Shown one piece after another: positions 26,540 through 36,113 of a stretch of DNA of 64,000 nucleotides. Position numbers and translations under genes: made by a program. This stretch comes from a virus. The notes under the pieces are model-generated. The model saw only the letters and a program-made list of their open reading frames with translations, searched no databases and had not been told where the DNA came from. The first letter of the stretch is position 1; each line of letters opens with the position of its first letter. The stretch lies in the IMG/VR virus record IMGVR_UViG_3300046660_000510, positions 10,927 to 74,926 of that record; one strand, 5' to 3'.

Positions 26540-27910
26540 TCAGATGCGGGAGTAGCTGGCGGTCCGGGCGTCCTGGCCGATGGCGTACTTGCACAGGGCC
26601 AGGCCGTACAGGTCGATGGCGTCGTCGGGGTCGTCCTCGTAGTGGGCGATGACCTCGGGCCAGTTGTTCCAGTCCATGCGGACCGCCTTGCGGTCTTCGT
26701 CGGTGCGCTCCGGTTCGGGCGCAGGCTGGGCGAACAGCGCAGCCAGGGAGGCGAGGTCCGCCAGCTCACGGGCCGCGGTGCTGTCCTCCCAGGCGACGGC
26801 CTGCGCCAGGTCGTCCTGCATCTGCCGGTCCTGCTCGAGGCGCTCCTGCGCGGCCTGCAACTCGGCGGCGAGGAGGCGGTGCGGGCGGTCGGGCTGCCAG
26901 GCGAACCCGGCGGCGCGGGTGTGCCCGGCTTCGACGGCGAACCGGACGGCCTGGTCCTCGGTCCACTGCTGCTCGCCCATGTCGGCGCACACCCACCGCA
27001 GCTGGTCATGGGTGGCCCGGCACATCCACGGAACGCGGCTGCGGATGGCCCTGGCGAGCTTGTCCCCGAGCTGCATGCCCGCGGCGGTGACGGGGACTCC
27101 GAGGATCGTGGCCCGCTTCTTGCCGCTGGCGGTCTTGGTCGTTGCGGGGGAGTTGTTTCGCGACCGCGTTGCGGTAGTAGTAAAACCACCCACTAGATCA
27201 ACCTGACCCACTTCCTTAACCACCGTTAGGGAAGGGGGCGCATGGCCCTCCGAACTGGAGTTATCCACAGGCGGGTTATCCACAGGCTTCTGCTGGTCCC
27301 GGAGGTCCACAACGATCCGCGCGGTGTACCCGGAGCCGACGATGCGGTGACCCATGGCGTGGTCGTACGAGGGCGGGATGACCGCGGCGTACACGGTGGC
27401 GGTGGCCGCGTATCCGGGGAGGCCGAGGATGGGGCGCACGTTGGTGCGGGTGCCGTGTTGGACCCATGCGAGGGCGCCCAGCTCCCGCAGGTACTTCACG
27501 TGGCGCTTCACGGTGGCCTTGTCGATGCCGAGGCGGGCCGCGGTCTCGAGCATGCAGTAGCGGGCGTGTCCGGTGTCGTAGTCCATGCGCGCCGCGAGGT
27601 CTTCGGCGACGCGCTGCGTGGTGGCGTTCGCGCGGCCGTGTAGGCCGGCTGCGATCAGCCACGCGACTGCGCGAAGCCACCGACGCGGGCCGCTCCGGCG
27701 CGAGGCAGTGCACGCCACCTCTTGGGCGGCGCCGCGGACGAGAGCAACCTGGCCTGCACTGTAATCGTTCGTGCGTTCGATTTCGACAGTAGGGACGTGC
27801 GTGTCGCGGGTGGATTCGGTGCACTGGGTGTCACCCGCGCGAGGGGAGATAAGCGGCGAATCACCCGGGCGGGGAGCGGGAAGCTGACAAACGGTCGTGC
27901 GGTGCTGCAC
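26540..27910 (-). CDS. putative replication initiator (wHTH); start uncertain
   Basis: ETAARLGIDKATVKRHVKYLRELGAL HTH; internal DnaA boxes and lower-GC tract; upstream of DciA-ParAB. Confidence 0.7.
   Translation of the reverse strand: MQHRTTVCQLPAPRPGDSPLISPRAGDTQCTESTRDTHVPTVEIERTNDYSAGQVALVRGAAQEVACTASRRSGPRRWLRAVAWLIAAGLHGRANATTQRVAEDLAARMDYDTGHARYCMLETAARLGIDKATVKRHVKYLRELGALAWVQHGTRTNVRPILGLPGYAATATVYAAVIPPSYDHAMGHRIVGSGYTARIVVDLRDQQKPVDNPPVDNSSSEGHAPPSLTVVKEVGQVDLVGGFTTTATRSRNNSPATTKTASGKKRATILGVPVTAAGMQLGDKLARAIRSRVPWMCRATHDQLRWVCADMGEQQWTEDQAVRFAVEAGHTRAAGFAWQPDRPHRLLAAELQAAQERLEQDRQMQDDLAQAVAWEDSTAARELADLASLAALFAQPAPEPERTDEDRKAVRMDWNNWPEVIAHYEDDPDDAIDLYGLALCKYAIGQDARTASYSRI
27160..27295. 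other. putative replication origin: two DnaA boxes TTATCCACA (27261-27269, 27276-27284) next to AT-richer tract
   Basis: exact consensus DnaA boxes in direct orientation. Confidence 0.7.
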
Positions 27911-28147
27911 TATGTACCTGCCTTCGTTGATGGCCTTGCGGGAACGCAAAAGCCCTCGTTGGCGGTGAAGTGGTTCGTGGAGAACCTGTAGGTCGCTCGA
28001 ATCTCGGGCCGGTCGCCAAACCGGATCGAAGTTCGGGCCTTAGCTCCGAGCGTCAACTCGGGGCCGTGGCACGAAGGCCGCGCACGGTGCGCCAAACACC
28101 AGCGGCCAAGGCGGTAGAGGCAAAGGACCTCCCGCCCAGAACATGAG

Positions 28148-28528
28148 CTACGTCAACTGATCTCCCTCAATGGGTGAGGTCTGTTCAGTCCGCTCAACGA
28201 TCTCGAAGCGAACTGGGCTCGGTAGAGATCCGCCGCTGGGATCTCCCGTCTCGAAGTACAGGGATTGCAGCAAGGAGGCGAGACTGCGTTCCTTGCTATC
28301 CAGGGCGAAACCGACCTGCTTCCCGGACACCTGCGTACGCAGACGAACTGTGCGCGCCGTCAGAGTGAGGGAGGTTCCGCGCGCGAAGAAGACCTCCACC
28401 GTGCGTTGCACTCGCTCTGGTTCCAGGTGCCAAGCCTGCTGCCGGGCAGGGACTCGCGGCTTGGGGCGGGGGCAGGAGATGGTGACATCCCAGACGCGGG
28501 CGCTCGGCGCTCCGCCCTGGGCGGTCAT
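28148..28528 (-). CDS. hypothetical protein
   Basis: ORF with lower GC3, same orientation as neighbours. Confidence 0.5.
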   Translation of the reverse strand: MTAQGGAPSARVWDVTISCPRPKPRVPARQQAWHLEPERVQRTVEVFFARGTSLTLTARTVRLRTQVSGKQVGFALDSKERSLASLLQSLYFETGDPSGGSLPSPVRFEIVERTEQTSPIEGDQLT

Positions 28529-28882
28529 GCGATGGAAGGGGTAGTGGTGACAGTGGCCGAAACGCTCAACGCCGGTGTGATCTTCACGGCGGAGGTTCGG
28601 GTCTCACTGTCTGATCGCCCGGGTGTCCGGGTAGTCTGAGCCATGTCGGCACCTTTACTTCGTCGCAAGCGTTGTGGTGTCGTCAGCCCTCGCGTTCCGG
28701 CTTCGCAAACCGGGACCGCCACCAAGGTGGCAGCGGGGGCTTCCGACTTTGTCGGAGTGCGTCCTCCGCGCAGCCTCGCAACTGACTGCACCTCAAACGC
28801 AAGGCTCAGCCTACCGTTTCGACTGGTCATCTGTCCCGGTCCCTTCCCTCCGTGTCTTACGTACTACTAGTCACACCGCAGT

Positions 28883-29302
28883 TCAGTGCTCCCGGGTCCC
28901 GCCCACCTCGTCGTCCGCGGGATGCGCGGCCGCAACCAGACGAAGCGAACGCCCCACCGTCGCGCCCATCGCCTCGAACCCGGCATCCTGCAACTGGCCC
29001 TGGAGACGCGTCAGCTCATCCCGATAGAACCTCGGAGACGCCGCGTACTGGGCCGCCTGCCACACCACCGCCGCCGCCCGATCCCAGATCTCCTGCACCA
29101 GCACCGGATCCGCGTCCGGGAAGAGGTCCATCGGCAACTTCCGAGGCGTACCAGCCGTCTTCAACTGGCCCGCCGCCATCAACCCGGACAGGTACTGAGC
29201 CGTCGACGCGTGACGGCCCCCGCACACAAAATCCGCAGCCGACGGCGGCACCTGCTCCTCGGACGCTCCGGCAGCGTGCTTGGGGAGAGAGGGAGTGGTC
29301 AT
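28883..29302 (-). CDS. hypothetical protein
   Basis: ATGA overlap, GGAGG RBS. Confidence 0.7.
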   Translation of the reverse strand: MTTPSLPKHAAGASEEQVPPSAADFVCGGRHASTAQYLSGLMAAGQLKTAGTPRKLPMDLFPDADPVLVQEIWDRAAAVVWQAAQYAASPRFYRDELTRLQGQLQDAGFEAMGATVGRSLRLVAAAHPADDEVGGTREH

Positions 29303-30186
29303 GCGGCAGCCTCCAGCGGCGTGGCAGGGAACAGGGAACGAACATCGACGACCCGCGCAAGGCCGGCTTCCATCTCAGCGAGCAGCAAATCCAGCTGCCC
29401 GGGCACATCCACGAACCGGGCCCGCAACGGCGGCCGCCGCTCCCCCCTCCGCACCACGGGGGCCACCTCCTCCGTCACAGGCAGGCGGGCCAGGAGACGC
29501 TCGAACTCCACCGCCCACAACAGCAACTGGCCGTTCGGCTCGACCGTGTGGGTCTTCACCCCCGACGGGCACGCCGGCACCGTGCCGTCATCCGCGACCA
29601 CCAGGTCGGCGTCGACCAGACCGCGTTCCACCGCCGCGGTGAGGAGCTCCATCCGCGACGCCGTCCGCGACAAGCCCATGAGCGTGACGATTGCCGACCG
29701 CTGCCAGCCCGCCGTCCGCACATCCATCCGCGCCGCGGCCGCCACCTCATACGGATCCGTGTGCGCCGCCAGCGCCCGCAGCACCGCCAACTTCTGCACA
29801 GTCCGCAACTGACGGTCCGGCGCCGGTGCTGTCACCTCGTGCCGCGTCTTCACGAACGCCCGATGCCGCTCCAGGGCAGTCATCCCACCGAGGATCGCGT
29901 ACGGCTCCGCCAGCTTCCCGCCCACCGTCACCGACGACCCGTACGCCAGACACTGCAGCATCACCGGACAGCCCACACACACCTCGACCGCCGCCGCCTC
30001 ACGGGCACGCCGCTCGTGCTGCTCCTCCCCACCATCCACATCCGGGGCCTGCCACGCCCCCACCGGCAGAGCGTTGTCGCCGGCAGCCACAGCCGGGTTG
30101 TCCGGGTCGGGAGCGCAGCCCCGGTACCGGTAGTGGGAATGCTCGGTCAGCTGCTGCTGGGCGGTCGTCGGGTCCATCGTCTTCAT
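29299..30186 (-). CDS. WhiB-like protein with C-terminal HTH-like extension
   Basis: RGC...AAVEVCVGCPVMLQCLAY...AILGGMTALER. Confidence 0.8.
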   Translation of the reverse strand: MKTMDPTTAQQQLTEHSHYRYRGCAPDPDNPAVAAGDNALPVGAWQAPDVDGGEEQHERRAREAAAVEVCVGCPVMLQCLAYGSSVTVGGKLAEPYAILGGMTALERHRAFVKTRHEVTAPAPDRQLRTVQKLAVLRALAAHTDPYEVAAAARMDVRTAGWQRSAIVTLMGLSRTASRMELLTAAVERGLVDADLVVADDGTVPACPSGVKTHTVEPNGQLLLWAVEFERLLARLPVTEEVAPVVRRGERRPPLRARFVDVPGQLDLLLAEMEAGLARVVDVRSLFPATPLEAAA

Positions 30187-30464
30187 GCGGATCCCCCTTC
30201 CGGGTCGTGATGGGTAGCGAGAGCGGAGTCCAGGACCAGATCCGCGGCATCCAACACCGCCCGGTCCTCGAGCACCGCGTGAAAGCGGACACTGAACGCT
30301 TCGATGTCACGGATGTGAGCGGCGCCCTCGAGACGCCGAACGGCGCGCTCCGCGAGCAGAGCGCGCCGCAACTTGCGATGCCGGCGCACAGCGAGCGCAC
30401 CGCACAGAGCCGCCGCGGTGAGGACCGCGGCAACGGCTATCGGACGAACAGACACGGCCTTCAC
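30183..30464 (-). CDS. hypothetical membrane-anchored protein
   Basis: N-terminal hydrophobic helix; GGAG RBS. Confidence 0.6.
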   Translation of the reverse strand: MKAVSVRPIAVAAVLTAAALCGALAVRRHRKLRRALLAERAVRRLEGAAHIRDIEAFSVRFHAVLEDRAVLDAADLVLDSALATHHDPEGGSA

Positions 30465-30505
30465 CTCCAGGGCAGGGGCAGGGATGAACGGGGACGGGAG
30501 AGCAG

Positions 30506-30805
30506 TCAGGGGCGGAAGAGCGCGTTGACCTCGGTGGCACGCTCCACCGCCAGGCGAGCCGCGTCCTCCGCCCGCTCCCGCGCCTCCGCCCTGGCCCGCT
30601 CGAACGCGTCAGCCGCATCGAGCGCAGCCCCATCAGCAGCGGCCTGCTCCTGCGTGGAAAGGCGCCGCCACGCCCGCATCTGCTCGACATGGGCGGGAAC
30701 GCTCGAGCGGCGCTTCTCCCGCCGCAGCATCCACGGGATGCCGAAGACAGCGATCAGCAGAAGCAGCAAGGGAATCGACGCCCCAAGGATTCGGGCAGCA
30801 GGCAT
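30506..30805 (-). CDS. hypothetical membrane protein
   Basis: N-terminal TM then coiled region. Confidence 0.65.
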   Translation of the reverse strand: MPAARILGASIPLLLLLIAVFGIPWMLRREKRRSSVPAHVEQMRAWRRLSTQEQAAADGAALDAADAFERARAEARERAEDAARLAVERATEVNALFRP

Positions 30806-30876
30806 GACGGAGCTCCGTTCGGCGGTGGCCGGATGTGGGATGTGGTGCGGAAGCCCCGTGGGGTAGGGCTGGAAGG

Positions 30877-31929
30877 TCAGGCGGCGGAACTGATCTCGTC
30901 CGCGCCATTCATCGGGATACCGAACCCGGCAGCGACAACGTGCTGGGCCAGCAAGCAGGGGACGGCGTTCCCGATCTGTTCGAGCTGCTTGGTGCGGCTC
31001 CCCCGCCAGGCGTGATCAGCAGGGAAGGACTGGAGGGCGGCGGCGTCCTGGACGGACAGGCGGATCGTGTCCCGGCGACCTCCCCGATAGGCAGGCAGAT
31101 CCTCCGCAGCCACCATGCGGGTGCACTCGATCCAGCGGCCCGCATCCCGCTCCCCGTACAACGTCGCCCGGGCGCCGGATCCACCGACGCACGAAGGGTC
31201 GGGCCCACCGGCCGCCGTACCGACCGCGACCGTCAGCGCCGGACGGGCCGTCATGCCCCAGCCGATCGCGTCGGCCATGGACACCCACGGCAGGAGACCA
31301 AAAGCCTCCTGGACCTCGGTGACACCCTTCCGGTAGCGCTGGTGGGTCGGCTCCGGAAGCCGTGCCTCGCCGTTCAAGGAGGCCACGAGAAACGCCCGCG
31401 CACGGGTCTGGGGGACGCCGTACTCCTCGGCGGACAGCCTGCCCGTCACGACGCTGTAGCCCTCCGCACGGAGGAGCTCCGCGAACGCCTCCCACACCGG
31501 GAGCACAGTGGGCACCTGCTCCAGCATCACCGTCCCGTACGGGCGCCCCGCATCCATTGCTTCCAGGGCCCAACGCAGCGGCTCCAGCACCAGGCCCGTC
31601 CGCTCATCGTCGAACTCCTTCAGCGCCGGGGCGATGCTCTGCCGGGCGGCCAGCCGCTCCGAGAGGGCGAGGACCGTGTCCAGCGCCGCGCGGCCCCGGC
31701 CCTTGCCCCCGACCGAGAACGGCTGACACGGAGGCGAGCCGATTACGTCCGTCGCCTCCGGGAAGTCGGACGGGCCGAAGTCCCGGACATCACCTTCCAC
31801 AGTCGCCAGGCCGACCGCGCGGCGCGTCTCGCACGCCGCGTGATCCCGCTCGATACCGACCACCTCCAGGCCGAGCCGGGTAGCCCCGACGTCCCAACCA
31901 CCGGGGCCGGCGAACAAGTCGACGATCAC
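30877..31929 (-). CDS. DNA (cytosine-5)-methyltransferase
   Basis: DLFAGPGG (I), SPPCQPFS (IV), EQV (VI), QTRARAF (VIII), LQSFP (IX), IGNAV (X). Confidence 0.92.
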   Translation of the reverse strand: MIVDLFAGPGGWDVGATRLGLEVVGIERDHAACETRRAVGLATVEGDVRDFGPSDFPEATDVIGSPPCQPFSVGGKGRGRAALDTVLALSERLAARQSIAPALKEFDDERTGLVLEPLRWALEAMDAGRPYGTVMLEQVPTVLPVWEAFAELLRAEGYSVVTGRLSAEEYGVPQTRARAFLVASLNGEARLPEPTHQRYRKGVTEVQEAFGLLPWVSMADAIGWGMTARPALTVAVGTAAGGPDPSCVGGSGARATLYGERDAGRWIECTRMVAAEDLPAYRGGRRDTIRLSVQDAAALQSFPADHAWRGSRTKQLEQIGNAVPCLLAQHVVAAGFGIPMNGADEISSAA

Positions 31930-33179
31930 GCCGCCACCTGCCACTCCATCATCGGCACACCCGAAACGGCGGACACCACGTGAGCGGCCAGCAGCGGCGG
32001 AACGGCATTGCCTATCTGCTCGAACTGCTTCGTCTTCGTCCCCTGCCACGGATAGTCGGCGGGAAAGGACTGCAACACGGCGGCCTCGGCCTGCGTGATG
32101 CGGACCGTCTCCGGACTGGCGAACTGCGACTCCCCCTTGGCGGACCGGTCGCGGTGACCGGGCGGGGCGATCCGGTCGGTGGCACACACCGTGGTCGCGG
32201 GGCGCTGCTGGACCCACTCGATCCTGGCGGAGTTGTTTCCGAACGCCATCGTCGGGGCGGGCTCGTCTCCTGCACGGATCGCCGCGTTCGGCTGGTTGCC
32301 ATTCCGCAGGACCCACGACACGTCGTTGCAGCGGGCCCCCAAAAACAGCGTCCCGGCCGGCTCGTCCAGCTCGCGGACAGCGGCGTTCTTCTGCGTGCCG
32401 TTGCGCAGCGCCCACGACCGGGCCTTCTCCGTCAGGCACCATGACGGGCCGTCCGCCGGAAACTCGTTCCCGCCAGGCGTCTTCCGCTCGCCGCGCGTAT
32501 TGACGAACAGACCGCCATCCCAGCCGAGCGCTTCAGCCATGGAAACCCAGCGGGCCCGGCCCGGCCCGAACAGACCGGCATCCTCAGCGCGTTCGGCGTG
32601 CGTGGGCTCGGGCGCGGTCACAGACCGCACCCGGGAGGCGATCAGGATGGCCCGGCGACGGGTCTGCGGTACCCCGTAGTCGGCGGCGTTCAGGATGCCG
32701 ACCCACACCGAGTAGCCCCAGCCACGGAGTGTCTCGGCGTACTGCTTCCACAACGGCAGCACGTCGGGCACCTCTTCCATGCAGACCCACTCGGGCCGCA
32801 GGTCGAACAGCCACCGCATCGGCTCGGCGGCGAGAATGCTCCGCTGGTCCTTGCACGCCGCCTTCAGCTCTGACCGGGTGTCACGGCCATACGCGAGGTC
32901 GTGGACGGCCTGGTGAACAAGCGGCTGGTCCGCCAAACCGAGCCCCTTCCCGGCACGCGACCACGCCTGGCACGGGGGAGACCAGATCTGCTTCTTCGCC
33001 CGACCCTTGAACGGCGCGGTCGGGTACTGGGCGACGTCGCACTGGACAGTCAGATGGCCTGCGACAGCGCGCGTCTTGCACGCTGCGGTGTCCCATTCCA
33101 GTCCCACGTCACGGAGGCCCAGGAGGCGCAAGCCTTCCGACCAGCCTCCAGGACCCGCGAACCCGTCGAGGATCGTCAT
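31926..33179 (-). CDS. DNA (cytosine-5)-methyltransferase
   Basis: DGFAGPGG, SPPCQAWS, EEV, QTRRRAI, LQSFP, IGNAV. Confidence 0.92.
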   Translation of the reverse strand: MTILDGFAGPGGWSEGLRLLGLRDVGLEWDTAACKTRAVAGHLTVQCDVAQYPTAPFKGRAKKQIWSPPCQAWSRAGKGLGLADQPLVHQAVHDLAYGRDTRSELKAACKDQRSILAAEPMRWLFDLRPEWVCMEEVPDVLPLWKQYAETLRGWGYSVWVGILNAADYGVPQTRRRAILIASRVRSVTAPEPTHAERAEDAGLFGPGRARWVSMAEALGWDGGLFVNTRGERKTPGGNEFPADGPSWCLTEKARSWALRNGTQKNAAVRELDEPAGTLFLGARCNDVSWVLRNGNQPNAAIRAGDEPAPTMAFGNNSARIEWVQQRPATTVCATDRIAPPGHRDRSAKGESQFASPETVRITQAEAAVLQSFPADYPWQGTKTKQFEQIGNAVPPLLAAHVVSAVSGVPMMEWQVAA

Positions 33180-34105
33180 CAGGCGGCCTGCCCTTCACCG
33201 GCGTCGGCCTGGACGGCCTGCTGCTTCAACTGGGCGATCCGGCGCGTCAGGAGGTCCTCGACACGCACGTCCATCTCGCCGACCTTCACCGTCTCGTCCA
33301 GCAGACCGTGCTTCCGGGCGTCGGCAAGGTTCTGCTCACACGACAGGCGGTTCGACCAACCTGCATTGATCTTCCCCTTCAGTGCCTCCAGGGTCGTTCC
33401 GCCCGCCTGCTCCTGGCGGCGCGCGTCCTCACGCTGCTCCGCCGGCCCGGTCTGCTCCTGCTCCGGCGGGACGGTGTCCTCGGTGGGCTGCGATCCCGGC
33501 TCGGGCCGCACCGGGGCATCGTCCGGCTCCGGAAGCGGCGCCGCAACCTTCTCCCACTGCTCCGGCGGATGCGCGGCAGAGAAGTTGACCACCGGGGCCG
33601 GGGAGCCGTCGTTGTACAGGGACAGCCCGAACGCGTCCCCCAAGTGGGTAGCGGCCCGCTTGAACGCCTGAGACGACGCGGTCTTCATCCCCATGTCGTG
33701 CGCGTCGGCCAGGTTCGGCAGGTTGTTGCCCGCCCCGGCCGCTTCGCCGTCCCAGTGCCCCAGCTCCCGTCCCTGCACGTCCTTCACGATCAGACGGACT
33801 TGCGCCCGGTACACGACCGTCCACTTGGAACGGTTCCCGTTGGGAGTCTCGATCTCCCTGACCAGAGCCAGCTCGCGGTTCTCGGTGTCGTAGCCGGCGA
33901 ACCCGAACACGCGGAGCAGGTACCGCTTGATGTCCCAGGCCTGCATGTGCGCGAAGCCCTTGTCGTCCTTACCGACACGCTTGGGGTCGACGGCCCGGTG
34001 CAGCAGCCGAAGCTGAGGCGCGGTGAAGCGGCTGACCTGGTTTTGGGTGTGCGGGGTGGGGCCCTCCGCCGTCGTGCTGGCGGGGGCCTCGGTGGCCGTG
34101 GCCAT
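33179..34105 (-). CDS. Rad52/Rad22-family (Sak) single-strand annealing protein
   Basis: GFAHMQAWDIKRYLLRVFGFAGYD...KTASSQAFKRAATHLGDAFGLSLY. Confidence 0.88.
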   Translation of the reverse strand: MATATEAPASTTAEGPTPHTQNQVSRFTAPQLRLLHRAVDPKRVGKDDKGFAHMQAWDIKRYLLRVFGFAGYDTENRELALVREIETPNGNRSKWTVVYRAQVRLIVKDVQGRELGHWDGEAAGAGNNLPNLADAHDMGMKTASSQAFKRAATHLGDAFGLSLYNDGSPAPVVNFSAAHPPEQWEKVAAPLPEPDDAPVRPEPGSQPTEDTVPPEQEQTGPAEQREDARRQEQAGGTTLEALKGKINAGWSNRLSCEQNLADARKHGLLDETVKVGEMDVRVEDLLTRRIAQLKQQAVQADAGEGQAA

Positions 34106-34185
34106 GAGGTCTCCTAGTGATGCGTGATGTGGCAGCCAGCCCGGGGAAGTCGTGGTCCTTCCGACCCGGGCTGGCCGCGCGGCCG

Positions 34186-34710
34186 CTACTCGGCGGCCGC
34201 CTCAGACTCTCCGGCCGCAGCCGGGTACTTGCGGGCGATCCACTGCACCGCGATCTGCCGGGCGTTCAGCTTGTACCCGCGGCCCGTCGGCCAGTCCTTC
34301 TCAGCGACCATCCGGTCCGCCGCGGCCTCCACCTCGGCCACCTTCGCCTGCGGCGCCCGCACGTTCAGGACCGACTTCGCCTGACCCGCCCCGTGCGCCG
34401 CACGCTGCGGCTTCTCCGGCACGAACTCGCCGGACAGGAACGCCTGCCAGCCCTCCAGGACATCCGCGCTCAGGTTGGCCGACCCCTCATAGGCGCGCAG
34501 GTGCAGCGCCGACTCGATCGGGATCGCCACGTTCGGATCTCCGCCCTGCGAAGAACGGGCCTCCGCCTGGCCGGCCGCGTTCAACGCGTACTCGAGAACG
34601 GTCTGCACCGCATCCGCCTGCCGTACGGCGCCACGCGAACGCAGCGACTCGATGGCCAGCTCAACCTGCGGGGCGGCTTCAGTGACGCGGGCGCGCTTGC
34701 TCGGGGGCAT
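34186..34710 (-). CDS. hypothetical protein, candidate regulator (possible RHH-like segments)
   Basis: first gene of leftward operon next to operator pair; KSVLNVRAPQAK strand-helix pattern. Confidence 0.6.
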   Translation of the reverse strand: MPPSKRARVTEAAPQVELAIESLRSRGAVRQADAVQTVLEYALNAAGQAEARSSQGGDPNVAIPIESALHLRAYEGSANLSADVLEGWQAFLSGEFVPEKPQRAAHGAGQAKSVLNVRAPQAKVAEVEAAADRMVAEKDWPTGRGYKLNARQIAVQWIARKYPAAAGESEAAAE

Positions 34711-34805
34711 GGGAACGGCGTGTCCTTCCGGTCGCCGGCGCCGCTCAGTGCGTCCGGGCGGGCGCCGCGTGTGGGGTGTGGGCACGCCTAGTCTCCTCCA
34801 CTTTC

Positions 34806-34906
34806 TATTGCGCGCACACCGGGGGGTGTGTGCTCCCGGGCCGTTCCCGGTACCCCAGATCATACGCACCCTTGTATTGCGCGCGCAATAGATAGATGGG
34901 TAAGGT
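34806..34906. promoter_or_regulatory. divergent control region: partial operator (34806-34816) and full operator-promoter TTGCGC-18-TAAGGT (palindrome 34875-34890)
   Basis: same TATTGCGCGCGCAATA motif as at 13480 and 20594. Confidence 0.8.
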
Positions 34907-34937
34907 GAGACCACACCACAGCGAGGGGGACCCCACC

Positions 34938-35387
34938 ATGAAGCACACCAAGAACCAGAACCGGGTCAAGACCCTCGCCGACCTCTACCGAGCCCTCGCC
35001 CGCCAGGAGGCCGTAACGATCACCTACCTGAAGCCCGACGAGACCGAGCCCACCATCCGCACCATCGAGATCAGCGAACTGCGCACCAGCAGCGTGAAGA
35101 TTTCCAAGACCGGAGAGGTCGAGGGCGGCGACATCTACGTCATCGCCATGTGCCGCCTCCGCGGCCAGGCAAGGGAATTCGCGTTGTCCGGCATCATCAG
35201 CTACACGCTGCACCGCGTGGCGTACGTCCTGGAGCGTCCCGCCAACACCACCTACCAGACCCCCGAGCCCCAGCCGGCCGACGACGCGGACGCCTTGTTC
35301 TTCTACGAGCTGGCCCGCGACCAGGACGACGCCGACTACCGGCCGCGCCGCAAGCTCGCTCAGACCGACACCGACCTCGCCGCATAA
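34938..35387 (+). CDS. stand-alone WYL-domain protein
   Basis: VTITYLKPD..PTIRTIE...YVIAMCRLRGQAREFALSGI. Confidence 0.8.
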   Translation: MKHTKNQNRVKTLADLYRALARQEAVTITYLKPDETEPTIRTIEISELRTSSVKISKTGEVEGGDIYVIAMCRLRGQAREFALSGIISYTLHRVAYVLERPANTTYQTPEPQPADDADALFFYELARDQDDADYRPRRKLAQTDTDLAA

Positions 35388-35396
35388 GGGGCCCTG

Positions 35397-36110
35397 ATGC
35401 GTACCCACGCCACCGCACAGCTCATCGGCGACCGCTCCCACCAGTGCGACGCCACCGCCACCTACACCCACAACGGCATCCACGCCTACGCCCTCCTCGA
35501 CGGCATCGGCTCCACCGACGAGATCCGCGACTGGACCCGCACCGCCGCCCGCCGTCTGGCCCGCACCGCCGCCGTCCACGCCGACGCCGAGGCCGGCCTG
35601 CGCGCCGTGTACGCCCGGTACGCCGCCGAACCCGACCGGCAGGACCCGTACAACCGGCTGCCGACAGCGTGCGCCGTCATCGCCGTCCACGCGCCGGGGA
35701 AGCCGCTCACGGTCGCCTGGTGCGGCGACGCCCGCGCCTACGTCCTCACCACCAGCGGCACCACGCTGCGGCTGACCGAGGACCACAACCTGCGGCGCGT
35801 CTGGCCGCCTCACGGCAACCGCAACCGGATCACGTCGTGGCTGGGTTCGGAGCTGACGGACGAGCAGGTGAAGAGCGAAGTCGGGCACCCGGCGATCGAG
35901 ACCGCGATCCGCCACCCGGTCCGTGAGCGTCTCCTTCTCGCCTCTGACGGCGCCTACGAGCCGCTCGAAGACAACGGGCTCACCCTGTCCGACTACCTCA
36001 CCGGCACCCCCGCAGAAGCCGTCCGCCGCTTCACCGAGTCCGCCATCGCCTTCGCCGGTGAGTACGCGGACAACGCCACCGTCCTCATAGCCGACCTGGC
36101 GCACGCATGA
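35397..36110 (+). CDS. PP2C/PPM-family Ser/Thr phosphatase
   Basis: QCDA, LLDGIG, AWCGDARAY, LTEDHN, LLASDG, DNATV. Confidence 0.9.
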   Translation: MRTHATAQLIGDRSHQCDATATYTHNGIHAYALLDGIGSTDEIRDWTRTAARRLARTAAVHADAEAGLRAVYARYAAEPDRQDPYNRLPTACAVIAVHAPGKPLTVAWCGDARAYVLTTSGTTLRLTEDHNLRRVWPPHGNRNRITSWLGSELTDEQVKSEVGHPAIETAIRHPVRERLLLASDGAYEPLEDNGLTLSDYLTGTPAEAVRRFTESAIAFAGEYADNATVLIADLAHA

Positions 36111-36113
36111 CGA

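Noticed and set aside
31930-32442. 521-aa extended version of the first methyltransferase
   Set aside because: The extension overlaps the second MTase; motif I begins right at GTG 31929 with a GTGA overlap.
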